Origin: an uncultured bacterium
GTDB lineage: Bacteria > Poribacteria > WGA-4E > UBA9662
Length of the DNA stretch: 64,000 nt
Reading direction: 5' to 3'
Assembly: GCA_964451145.1 (NCBI GenBank)
Contig: CAYVHK010000004.1
Coordinates: 3,844-67,843, forward strand
Position 1 is the stretch's first letter, and each line of letters opens with the position of its first letter. Below are positions 51,139 through 60,223 of this stretch, in pieces. Made by a program: the position numbers and the translations under genes. Under the pieces are notes generated by a model. The model did not search any database. It was given only the letters and a program-made list of their open reading frames with translations, and had not been told where the DNA came from.

Positions 51139-51912
51139 ATGATTGCCCCCTTTCGATTGTTATTTCTTCTGTTAATCACAATGTTTTTTCTCGTTTTGTC
51201 AACTAAGGCCGAGCGTTTAGCCGTCGGTTGGGGCCGGTCTCAGCCCTTTATCATCGACCGTCGTCTTCCTGCTGATGTCAATCGAGATCAAGTCGTTGAT
51301 ATTTCAGATTTGGTGATAGTGGCAATGCAGTTTGGTCAATTTGGTAAACAGTTAATTGGTGATCTGAATGACGATGGTACCGTTAGTATTTTAGATTTGG
51401 TGATAGTAGCGAATCAGTTTGGTCAATTGATAATAGTAGCTCCACAACAACACCAAAATCAGTTGAAAGAAATTTCATTTACAAATGAGCAGCAAGAACG
51501 ATTAACAAAAGCTCTTTCTTGCTTAACTCGATCAGATCTAGATCCAATTTTTTTAGACCAAGTTGAAACTCTGTTAGAACAATTGAACAGGCGAAATCAA
51601 TTTGCCAAGCAGCACCAGCTTATGCTTAATTATCCCAATCCTTTCAACCCTGAAACTTGGATTCCCTACCAACTAGCTACTGCTACTAATGCTCGATTTT
51701 TGATTTATGACGTCGATGGAAATGTGGTGCGTAGATTACTGTTGGGGTATCAACTACCAGGGCTTTATGTGGCTCCTAAAGACGCTATTTACTGGGATGG
51801 ATACAATCAGGCTGGTCAATTGGTGGCTAGTGGGCTTTATTATGGAGTGCTAGAAACTGAAGATGATTTGAAACTGATCTATCAATACCAACCAATGATA
51901 CTGCTAAAATAG
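51139..51912 (+). CDS. secreted protein with two dockerin-type repeats and T9SS-type C-terminal domain
   Basis: DVNRDQVVDISDLVIVAMQFGQ / DLNDDGTVSILDLVIVANQFGQ repeats; C-terminus NYPNPFNPETWIPYQL...LIYDVDGNVV...SGLYYGVL. Confidence 0.6.
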   Translation: MIAPFRLLFLLLITMFFLVLSTKAERLAVGWGRSQPFIIDRRLPADVNRDQVVDISDLVIVAMQFGQFGKQLIGDLNDDGTVSILDLVIVANQFGQLIIVAPQQHQNQLKEISFTNEQQERLTKALSCLTRSDLDPIFLDQVETLLEQLNRRNQFAKQHQLMLNYPNPFNPETWIPYQLATATNARFLIYDVDGNVVRRLLLGYQLPGLYVAPKDAIYWDGYNQAGQLVASGLYYGVLETEDDLKLIYQYQPMILLK

Positions 51913-51919
51913 ACTAATT

Positions 51920-53056
51920 ATGTTTTCTAATCATTTGGTTCTTCATATTCTATATGGGATTTTGGCCTTGACTTTTCTACGTCCGATTGTGAGCCGATGT
52001 GAAGTGGTTGATCCCGAAAATCAACCACCTATAGTAAGTGATGTACAGGCCAAACAAGTTGGGCTGCATGAAGTCCAAATTACTTACACTGTTATAGATA
52101 ACAACGGTGATCAGCTAACTATTTCAGTAGCAGTTTTAACCAAAGACGGTCAGACCCTATACCCGAAACAGCTAACTGGCGAAGTCGGCCGAAGTATTGT
52201 CAGTGGAGAGAAAAAGAAAATTTCATGGACAATTACAGATGAAATTCCGATGTACCATTTCGCTGATGGCTACGTTGTCGAAATTATTGCTGATGACCAG
52301 CATAGACCGGCAAAAAAAATTCATTGGGAACCGGATGGAGCTGAAATGGTCTTGGTACCAGCTGGTATTTTTTTGATGGGTAGCGAGGAAATGCAACACG
52401 CTACGCCTATCCACCCAGTCACAATATCGGCTTTTTACATGGATACTTATGAGGTAACGGTTGGTCAATTTAAGCAATTTGTGGAGCAAACTGGCTATGT
52501 GTACGATTTTTGGCCTAAAGTATCCATACTGGCACCTACTGATAACCATCCGATGATTTTCATAACATGGTACGATGCAATGGCATATTGTAATTGGGCC
52601 AATAAACGGTTGCCAACAGAAGCTGAATGGGAATATGCAGCACGAGGCGGTTTAGCTAAACGTCCCTATCCATGGGGTAGTATTATTAATCATCAACAAG
52701 CCAACTACGCTATTTCTGCCCATGATGACAACCGACAGCTTAAATCAATCGGTAATTTTTCCCCCAATGGTTATGGATTATACGATCTAGCTGGCAATGT
52801 CTTTGAATGGTGTTTAGATGCATTTGACGATAAATTTTACCAATATAGTCCATCAAAAAACCCTCTGGCTAGTGATCTCAGTTTGACTGACTTGGAGCGA
52901 AATTTCACTACGGTAAAATCAGGTCGGGTTTTACGAGGCGGTTCTTATCACTACAATGCTCAATATGTTAGGGTCGATTACCGAGATTATGCCAACCCAG
53001 ATCATCGGTTTGATGCAGGTGGGTTTCGTTGTGTTTTCGAAGCTTCAAAAAAGTAG
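51920..53056 (+). CDS. secreted Ig-like + FGE-sulfatase-domain protein
   Basis: ...RLPTEAEWEYAARGG...GNVFEWCLD...RVLRGGSY...GFRCV. Confidence 0.75.
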   Translation: MFSNHLVLHILYGILALTFLRPIVSRCEVVDPENQPPIVSDVQAKQVGLHEVQITYTVIDNNGDQLTISVAVLTKDGQTLYPKQLTGEVGRSIVSGEKKKISWTITDEIPMYHFADGYVVEIIADDQHRPAKKIHWEPDGAEMVLVPAGIFLMGSEEMQHATPIHPVTISAFYMDTYEVTVGQFKQFVEQTGYVYDFWPKVSILAPTDNHPMIFITWYDAMAYCNWANKRLPTEAEWEYAARGGLAKRPYPWGSIINHQQANYAISAHDDNRQLKSIGNFSPNGYGLYDLAGNVFEWCLDAFDDKFYQYSPSKNPLASDLSLTDLERNFTTVKSGRVLRGGSYHYNAQYVRVDYRDYANPDHRFDAGGFRCVFEASKK

Positions 53057-53081
53057 CACCCAGATAAAAAGGAAACAAAAA

Positions 53082-53978
53082 TTGAAAACTAAGAGTCAGT
53101 TTAGGCTTGTAAAATACGTTCTTGCTAATCGTCCATTATTCATTTTAACAGAGATATTTTTTTTGTTGGTTTTTATTCCTGTCATATCTCTGGCTGGATC
53201 TGTGATTACTAGTGGGCCATTGTCAGAAGAGCAAGAGATGAAACAACCTGATCAACCAAGATTAAATCAAAAAAGGGATGGTGCCTCTTGGATACTCAAC
53301 TGGTATGGACCTGATGGAGGCTACATGAATAATGGTGGGGCGAAAAAATCAGCTTCCATTGACCACATTAAAAATGCTACCAATGGTGTTTTAGACCAAC
53401 CGAGCCTGTCGACGATGGAAGGGTTATTAAAAACTAAACATGTCAAAATCAATTTTGAGCCCAAGCATTATATGACTGGTACAGAAGGTGAATGGATGAT
53501 AATCAATTTGGGAACTAGAGCTGATGCTGCTGGTGGTCGGAACATGTCTTCCCGTTATGGATTTCGTGATCTCAACAACTTTGATACTTGGCAAATCATT
53601 GTGATAAACGCACCAAAAGATATGAAGGCTATAATGTCGCCGGCCCAAGACGACTACGCCCAAATCTGGATTAACGGTCAAAAGTGGCACAACGATTCCG
53701 AATGGACAGGAGGTCCTACTGAGGTCGATTTTGACGTGCAAGTAGAATTGAAAGTCGGTAATAATGTTCTACTGTATCGTTGTGGTGAATCTGGTGGACA
53801 TGAGTATGCTAATCTATACTTTGATCGAACCACTATGCAAAAAGTTCGTATCATTCCCAATCAAGCAAAAACAAAAGCTGCCTTTTTCGATGAGTTAGCT
53901 AATCTTCCAACGCTGTGTTATCACCGAGATAAATTGGCCTGTTTGTGGGCTGATTTTAAATTGATAGTTCGTCAATAA
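53082..53978 (+). CDS. hypothetical secreted protein (possible jelly-roll/LamG-like domain)
   Basis: TTG start with AAGGAA RBS; N-terminal signal peptide; no firm domain match by eye. Confidence 0.4.
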   Translation: MKTKSQFRLVKYVLANRPLFILTEIFFLLVFIPVISLAGSVITSGPLSEEQEMKQPDQPRLNQKRDGASWILNWYGPDGGYMNNGGAKKSASIDHIKNATNGVLDQPSLSTMEGLLKTKHVKINFEPKHYMTGTEGEWMIINLGTRADAAGGRNMSSRYGFRDLNNFDTWQIIVINAPKDMKAIMSPAQDDYAQIWINGQKWHNDSEWTGGPTEVDFDVQVELKVGNNVLLYRCGESGGHEYANLYFDRTTMQKVRIIPNQAKTKAAFFDELANLPTLCYHRDKLACLWADFKLIVRQ

Positions 53979-54024
53979 TTTTTTACTAAGACAAATTGTA
54001 GCAAATTATAAAAAAGAGAGGAAT

Positions 54025-55134
54025 ATGAAAATGGATACAATTCGAGTTGGAATCGTTGGGACAGGTGGTATTTCTCGTGCTCATCAGAACGCATACCAGA
54101 AGGCTGGCGGATTTGAGATCGTGGCCGTTTGCGACATTTTCGAAGAAAAAGCCCAAAAAGCGGCCGAAGAATGGGGTGTTCCGTCCCAAAACGCCTTTAC
54201 TAGTGTCGAACAAATGTTGAATTCTATCGACGTTGATACTGTTAGTGTTTGCACTTATAATCAAGCTCACAAAGATCCCACTATCGCCGCTTTGAAGGCA
54301 GGAAAACATGTTTTCTGTGAAAAACCCATGGCTGCAACCTTAGAGGATGCGACCGAAATGGTCAAAACAGCCAAATCCAGTGGTAAAATTCTGCAAATCG
54401 GTATTCATAGCACCTTTAGCAGCGATATCCAATTAGCCCGAAAATTGTTTGATAATGGTGTATTAGGCGACATTTATTACGCTGAAACAACGGCCACTCG
54501 TCGTCGTGGCATTCCGGGTAACACGTTTATTTATCAACGAACAGCTGGGGCTGGAGCTGTGGTTGATATTGGAATCTATAATATGCATAATGCCTTGTAT
54601 ATCATGGGTTATCCCAAACCAGTTCGGGTTTCAGCCGTCACCGCTGACTATATTGCCCATCAGGATTCACGCTGGGACGAGATGGATGTGGAAGAGTTTG
54701 GTGCGGCTTGGGTTCGTTTCGACAATGGTAGTGTGTTATTGTTCAAAGTGTCTTGGGCTGTCCACCAAAACTCTCTTGGCGGAACTTATTTTTTAGGCAA
54801 AGATGCCGGCCTATCGTTGGGTGGCCCCGTAGTCTATGCAGATAGTTTAACAGACAAAATACAAAATTTGGCTCATGACCATGGTTATGGTGTCGAGACT
54901 GAAGATGCAGGCAAAGGTTGGTTTGACCAAGAAATGGTCAATATCAAATTTTCTGGTTTACCTAGCGTTGATGTATGGAAAGCCCAGATGGAAGCTTTTG
55001 GTCAAGCCGTTCGGAGTGGATTACCATCGCCTATCCCGCCAGAAGGTGTTGTGTTAACTAACGTCATTATGGATGGAATTTTCAAATCTCAATCCATTGG
55101 GCAAGAGGTCGCAGTTCAGGTCCCTAACTTTTAG
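54025..55134 (+). CDS. Gfo/Idh/MocA-family oxidoreductase
   Basis: VGIVGTGGIS Rossmann start, EKP motif, C-terminal α/β domain. Confidence 0.8.
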   Translation: MKMDTIRVGIVGTGGISRAHQNAYQKAGGFEIVAVCDIFEEKAQKAAEEWGVPSQNAFTSVEQMLNSIDVDTVSVCTYNQAHKDPTIAALKAGKHVFCEKPMAATLEDATEMVKTAKSSGKILQIGIHSTFSSDIQLARKLFDNGVLGDIYYAETTATRRRGIPGNTFIYQRTAGAGAVVDIGIYNMHNALYIMGYPKPVRVSAVTADYIAHQDSRWDEMDVEEFGAAWVRFDNGSVLLFKVSWAVHQNSLGGTYFLGKDAGLSLGGPVVYADSLTDKIQNLAHDHGYGVETEDAGKGWFDQEMVNIKFSGLPSVDVWKAQMEAFGQAVRSGLPSPIPPEGVVLTNVIMDGIFKSQSIGQEVAVQVPNF

Positions 55135-55151
55135 TTTAGTATTTAGTACCG

Positions 55152-56354
55152 GTGCGAATCCTTTTTTTTTCCATTACTGTACCTTTTCCCGCTACTGATG
55201 GAGGACGAATCCGAGTACTGAATTTACTGAAACAGCTAGCAAAAACCGAGCAGGTGACCTTTCTGGCTTTAGAAACCACTCCTATGGATCAATCCGGTAT
55301 TGATTATCTGATTGACCTAGGTATCAATTGCCACCTAGTGGAACACTCTTCTGCACCTCCACCAGTCACTATCAGTACCATTCTTCAGGCGATTAAGCTA
55401 CGCAAACCGATCACTGTTTCTCGCTATTATTCACACGGTGTAGCACGACAATTCCAGCAACTTTTGATCCAACAAAAATTTGATCTAATCCATTACGAGA
55501 TGTTTCATGCTGCACAATACGCATTACCTACTAATTTACCGACAGTTCTTTCTACGCAGAATGTGGATTCTTACATTTGGAAACGTTTAGGACAGGAAAC
55601 TGGAAACCCGATCAAAAAGCTAATTTATTGGACTCAAGCCCAAGCCTTCAACCGATACGAACGAACGAACAGTGGTAAGTTTTCTGTAGCGACTTGTGTG
55701 TCAGGTAACGATCAAATCCTTCTTAACCGAGCTTGCCCTCAACTGCCCGTTCGTGTTATTGCTAATGGTGTTGACCTTGAATTATATCAAGCCACCGAAA
55801 CAATCGAAGAACCAGAGACGTTAATTTACACTGGTAGTATGGATTGGTATCCCAATGAAGATGCAGTGATTTTTTTTCTAAAATCCATTTTGCCTCTCAT
55901 TCGGCAGAACTGCCCTAATGTGCGGATGTTGGTGGTAGGTCAACATCCAACTAAGAATTTGCGACGTACAGCTGAATTGGCAAATCTTGATGGTCAAGTA
56001 ACCATCACTGGACGTGTGGACGATGTCAAACCATACATTGATCAAGCCAGTGTTTATGTTGTCCCATTAAGGATAGGTGGTGGAACCCGCCTCAAAATTT
56101 TAGAGGCCTTAGCTATGAAAAAAGCTGTCGTCTCTACTACAATTGGAGCAGAAGGACTAAATTTAGTCAATCAGCAAGAAATTATTATAGCTGACAAACC
56201 AAATCAGTTTGCGGCTGCAGTGATTAAACTATTAGCTGATGCAGAATACCGACGCTTATTAGGACAACAAGGCAGAAACAGAGTGGAACAAGATTATGGT
56301 TGGCCAGCCATCGCGGATAAATTAAGGCAAGTTTATCATGATCTAGTAAACTAA
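55152..56354 (+). CDS. glycosyltransferase family 4 (GT-B fold)
   Basis: 400 aa; EX7E-type C-terminal motif region (…RIGGGTRLKILEALAMKKAVVST…). Confidence 0.7.
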   Translation: MRILFFSITVPFPATDGGRIRVLNLLKQLAKTEQVTFLALETTPMDQSGIDYLIDLGINCHLVEHSSAPPPVTISTILQAIKLRKPITVSRYYSHGVARQFQQLLIQQKFDLIHYEMFHAAQYALPTNLPTVLSTQNVDSYIWKRLGQETGNPIKKLIYWTQAQAFNRYERTNSGKFSVATCVSGNDQILLNRACPQLPVRVIANGVDLELYQATETIEEPETLIYTGSMDWYPNEDAVIFFLKSILPLIRQNCPNVRMLVVGQHPTKNLRRTAELANLDGQVTITGRVDDVKPYIDQASVYVVPLRIGGGTRLKILEALAMKKAVVSTTIGAEGLNLVNQQEIIIADKPNQFAAAVIKLLADAEYRRLLGQQGRNRVEQDYGWPAIADKLRQVYHDLVN

Positions 56355-56447
56355 AAATCCTTTGGGGGACCAAATTTAGCTCTTGCCAAATTTAGCTATA
56401 TCTTCTAAGATGTTGTTATTGAATCTTTTGGTGGATGTGTTATCGAT

Positions 56448-57005
56448 ATGAGTAGACCCGATGGAATATGGCAGGCTGTAGGTAAACAAAACAACCGAAA
56501 ACAGGCAGAGAAAGATGTGGCTGGCCTGCTCAAAAAGATCGATCTTTTTGAGGATTTGAGTGACCGAGACTTACGCCACATCGCTCAGATTGCCTACCGA
56601 CGCTCTTATCGAATCGGCGAGCCCGTTGTTATTGAAGGACAAGATGCAGCAGGGATGTATATTATTATGGAGGGCGAAGTTGAGGTAACAAAAGTGCTAG
56701 CCGACGGATCGGTCGTATCCTTAGCTAAGCTGAACAGTGGCAATTTTTTCGGTGATGTAGGTTTGATAGACAATTCTCCACGAACAGCTACGGTTCAAGC
56801 AATTCAGGATTCGGAAATGATTGGCTTCTTTCGCCCAGAGCTAATGAAATTGATGGATTCTCATTCGCGCCTAGCCTCGAATCTGATTTTCACGTTAGCC
56901 AAAATTGTAGCTTCTCGACTACGTATCACCAACCGACAACTGCAAGAAGCTCAGGATATGATCGAACAACTCCAAACTGAATTAAATGGATCACAAATTA
57001 ACTAG
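56448..57005 (+). CDS. cyclic-nucleotide-binding domain protein
   Basis: FFGDVGLIDN...RTATV cNMP-binding signature. Confidence 0.7.
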   Translation: MSRPDGIWQAVGKQNNRKQAEKDVAGLLKKIDLFEDLSDRDLRHIAQIAYRRSYRIGEPVVIEGQDAAGMYIIMEGEVEVTKVLADGSVVSLAKLNSGNFFGDVGLIDNSPRTATVQAIQDSEMIGFFRPELMKLMDSHSRLASNLIFTLAKIVASRLRITNRQLQEAQDMIEQLQTELNGSQIN

Positions 57006-57021
57006 CCGAATTAAACCTGAT

Positions 57022-58311
57022 ATGAACAATCAATCGACGATAGAGCGATCAGCTAGTTCGGTGGACGTATTGACTGAAACGTTACTTCCCCTGTCAACTA
57101 CTCTAGATCGAATCGCACAAGATGGCCAAACGATAAGCCGAGAATCTCGTCGGCAGTCGCAAAGCATTCGAGAACAGAATATCTTTCTTCGGCTTATTAG
57201 TGTCGCAATGATAACAGTTTTTGTTGCTATAATTGCGGGGTTAATCTATCTGATTCGGGATACTCTAACTATTATAATGGTTTCGTTTTTAATCGCCTAT
57301 ATTTTGGCCCCAATGGTTGATTATTTGGACGATATTGGTCTTCCCAGAGGCTTAGCTGTTACAATAGTGCCTTTATTGATTTTAGCTTTATTTGCTTTTG
57401 GTTCCATTTTTGTCATTTCTAAGGTGGCTGGACAAATTGACCATTTACAAACCAATGAGAACAAAGCTCTAGTTGGTCAAGTTGAACGGCTATTAAATGC
57501 TTTGCCGCCTTCATTAACTGATAGATTGATAGATGTGTTACGCGTGGAGGTTACTACCGACGCAATCAATTCAGAAAAGTCCAATTTGGATACTCATCAA
57601 GTAATTGAAGCTTCGATGAAGCGAATAGAAACTTTGATTGTTGGTCAGTCTAAGCAAATTGTGGGTGCGGTCACTAGTTCAGCCAAAGGCCTATTTTCGG
57701 CTTTCATTAATGGTATTATTATTTTGTTCACTTCCTGTTTCTTTTTAAGTGGTGGCCGTGAGATGAAAAAAGGATTGATTAGAGCCGTGCCGAACCGTAT
57801 TTTTGAACCAGCCTTAGTTTTGTTAGACGGTATCGACCGCCAATTGGGTGATTACCTACGTAGCCGTTTGGTCCAAACCATCATTATTGCCATTATATGC
57901 CTGATCGGTTATCTAATATTAGGTCTACCTTTCGCTATTTTATTAGGTGTCGTAGCTGGTTTGGCGAACCTAATTCCGTATATAGGCCCTTTTATTGGTG
58001 CGATACCAGCACTAGCAGTTGTTTTTGTTGGTTCTCGATTTGGTTTTGGTTCTAGCGTGATCGGAATTATTATAATTACTATCGGTGTTCAGATTATTGA
58101 TACTGCTTTGGTGACACCACTTTTGGTGGGCAAAAGTGTGGAACTAGATCCGATCACGACAGTAATTGTGGTTTTAGTGGGTGAACAGTTTTTGGGTTTA
58201 ATTGGAATGTTAATGGCTGTGCCGTTAACTGCGATGCTAAAACTAATTATTGAAGAGTTAATTATTCAGTTTAGAGGTTATTCTCGCACATTTACTTATG
58301 GTGGATCATAA
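57022..58311 (+). CDS. AI-2E family transporter (PerM/YdiK-like)
   Basis: …LANLIPYIGPFIGAIPA… conserved AI-2E motif, 8 TM. Confidence 0.75.
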   Translation: MNNQSTIERSASSVDVLTETLLPLSTTLDRIAQDGQTISRESRRQSQSIREQNIFLRLISVAMITVFVAIIAGLIYLIRDTLTIIMVSFLIAYILAPMVDYLDDIGLPRGLAVTIVPLLILALFAFGSIFVISKVAGQIDHLQTNENKALVGQVERLLNALPPSLTDRLIDVLRVEVTTDAINSEKSNLDTHQVIEASMKRIETLIVGQSKQIVGAVTSSAKGLFSAFINGIIILFTSCFFLSGGREMKKGLIRAVPNRIFEPALVLLDGIDRQLGDYLRSRLVQTIIIAIICLIGYLILGLPFAILLGVVAGLANLIPYIGPFIGAIPALAVVFVGSRFGFGSSVIGIIIITIGVQIIDTALVTPLLVGKSVELDPITTVIVVLVGEQFLGLIGMLMAVPLTAMLKLIIEELIIQFRGYSRTFTYGGS

Positions 58312-58621
58312 ACTAATGTCAGTATTGGGCAACAAAAATCAGCGCAGGGATCAATTTGTTCTTTTTTTTCTCCTTATTGCTTTGCTTTTTTTAGCTTGGC
58401 AAGTATCTGCAGATCCGCCTGATTCATCTCAATCACCAAAATCGTCTAGCAGCGATCATATTTCGTCTGATACCCCGACCAAGATTAATCCACCCGTCTG
58501 GTTTAGCTTGATTGTGTTGATCCTAATTGGATTATCTTTACTCAATTCCGGCATGTTTTTTTTCTTAAAAAAACGGCATTCCCCGGAACAGCAAACTACT
58601 CCTAAAAAGCCGTTCCTGTAG
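58298..58621 (+). CDS. hypothetical small membrane protein
   Basis: ~100 aa, two TM segments, Ser/Pro-rich linker. Confidence 0.4.
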   Translation: MVDHKLMSVLGNKNQRRDQFVLFFLLIALLFLAWQVSADPPDSSQSPKSSSSDHISSDTPTKINPPVWFSLIVLILIGLSLLNSGMFFFLKKRHSPEQQTTPKKPFL

Positions 58622-58648
58622 TTGTCCTGACTGTATTCATACGATTTT

Positions 58649-60223
58649 ATGCTAGAATTGCGTGGCATCACAAAGCGATTCGGCTCGCAAGAGGCTGTCT
58701 CTGATATTAATCTCTCATTTAAAACCGGTCAAATACATACATTACTAGGTGAAAACGGAGCAGGTAAATCAACGTTGATGAACCTGATTTACGGTCTTTA
58801 TCAACCTACAGCCGGTCAAATTCTGATTGACGATCAGGTCGTTGAAATTTCTTCACCCAACGTAGCCGTAGAATTGGGAATCGGTATGGTTCACCAGCAC
58901 TTCATGCTAATTTCGACGTTGACAGTAGCCGAAAACATCTTTCTTAGCCAACCACCTGGACAGAGAAAAGATTGGCTCTATCGGCCAAATTCAGTTGAAC
59001 AATTCGTGAAAAATCTTTGTGAACAACAAGGTGGTGGTCGGTTATCCGTTGATCCAAGAGCCAAAATAGGGGAGTTGCCGGTTGGTCAACGACAGTGGGT
59101 AGAAATCCTCAAAGCTTTGGCTGTTGACGCACGGATCTTAATTCTAGATGAGCCAACTGCTGTTCTTACTCCACAAGAGATTGACGACTTGTTTCAAGTA
59201 CTAAATCGACTAAAAGCTGATGGCCGCATCATCATCTTTATTAGTCATAAACTGAAAGAAGTAATGACTATCAGCAACCAGATCACTGTATTGCGAAGAG
59301 GTCGGCACATGCTGACCTCTTCCGTCGGTGATACCTCAACAGCTGATTTAGCCGAACAGATGATCGGTCGGCCCGCATCGCCTCCACATCAACGCTTGGA
59401 AGTGAAGACAACTCAATCTGTTTTGGAAATCGATCGGTTGACTGTTTTAAGTGATTCATCGCGGTCCGTTCTACATAGTTGTACTTTGACTGTTAAGCGT
59501 GGCGAAATTGTTGGGGTTGCTGGTATTGATGGCAATGGTCAGATAGAACTAGCCGAAACTATTATGGGTTTGCGCAAGGTGGAGTCAGGCGACATTCGAT
59601 TTCACCCGAAAAACGAAATTCAACCCGCTGATTCTAATGAGTTAGTAACCAATATGCCGACCCACGACCTGCGACAGAAACCCTATGGTTATATCCCTAG
59701 CGATCGGCATACAGACGGACTTGTTTTATCTTTTTCACTAACTGAAAATCTGTTACTCAATCCACATCAATTGGAGAAACATCGTTATACCAAAGGTTGG
59801 TTGAGTTTTCTTGGTATCGGTTTGGATAAGTCGAAACTCCGGCGGTCAATGATCGATTTAATTCGAATTTTTGATATCCGTACTCCTGGAACTGAAGTCA
59901 GTGCAAATACTCTGTCGGGTGGAAATCAACAAAAGGTGATTATTGCTCGTGAACTTTCCACTAACCCTGATTTTTTATTGGCTGTTAATCCCACTCGCGG
60001 GCTGGATGTTGGAGCTATTGATTACGTTCATCAACAACTCCTCAATCAACGACAAAAACAGCGAGGAGTCCTACTAATTTCGAGCGAATTGGACGAAATT
60101 TTAGCTCTTAGTGATCGTGTCTTTGTTATTTTCAATGGGCAACTTACTCCAGCCACCGAGTTTCGATCTGATTTGTCTCAATTGGGGCAGATGATGATTG
60201 GCAAACTATCGAGCGAAAAATAA
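58649..60223 (+). CDS. ABC transporter ATP-binding protein with two nucleotide-binding domains
   Basis: Walker A GENGAGKST, signature LSGGNQQK (2nd NBD), Walker B ILDEPT. Confidence 0.85.
   Translation: MLELRGITKRFGSQEAVSDINLSFKTGQIHTLLGENGAGKSTLMNLIYGLYQPTAGQILIDDQVVEISSPNVAVELGIGMVHQHFMLISTLTVAENIFLSQPPGQRKDWLYRPNSVEQFVKNLCEQQGGGRLSVDPRAKIGELPVGQRQWVEILKALAVDARILILDEPTAVLTPQEIDDLFQVLNRLKADGRIIIFISHKLKEVMTISNQITVLRRGRHMLTSSVGDTSTADLAEQMIGRPASPPHQRLEVKTTQSVLEIDRLTVLSDSSRSVLHSCTLTVKRGEIVGVAGIDGNGQIELAETIMGLRKVESGDIRFHPKNEIQPADSNELVTNMPTHDLRQKPYGYIPSDRHTDGLVLSFSLTENLLLNPHQLEKHRYTKGWLSFLGIGLDKSKLRRSMIDLIRIFDIRTPGTEVSANTLSGGNQQKVIIARELSTNPDFLLAVNPTRGLDVGAIDYVHQQLLNQRQKQRGVLLISSELDEILALSDRVFVIFNGQLTPATEFRSDLSQLGQMMIGKLSSEK

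Noticed and set aside
51307-51428. 36-nt direct repeat (4 mismatches, 86-nt period)
   Set aside because: It encodes the two dockerin-type calcium-binding modules of one protein. It is a coding repeat, not CRISPR or a mobile-element repeat.
50980-53040. DGR (diversity-generating retroelement) target hypothesis for the two FGE/C-type-lectin-fold proteins
   Set aside because: The two FGE C-termini are not near-identical to each other or to any non-coding stretch I could find (no TR/VR pair). The only RT is a dead fragment 33 kb away.
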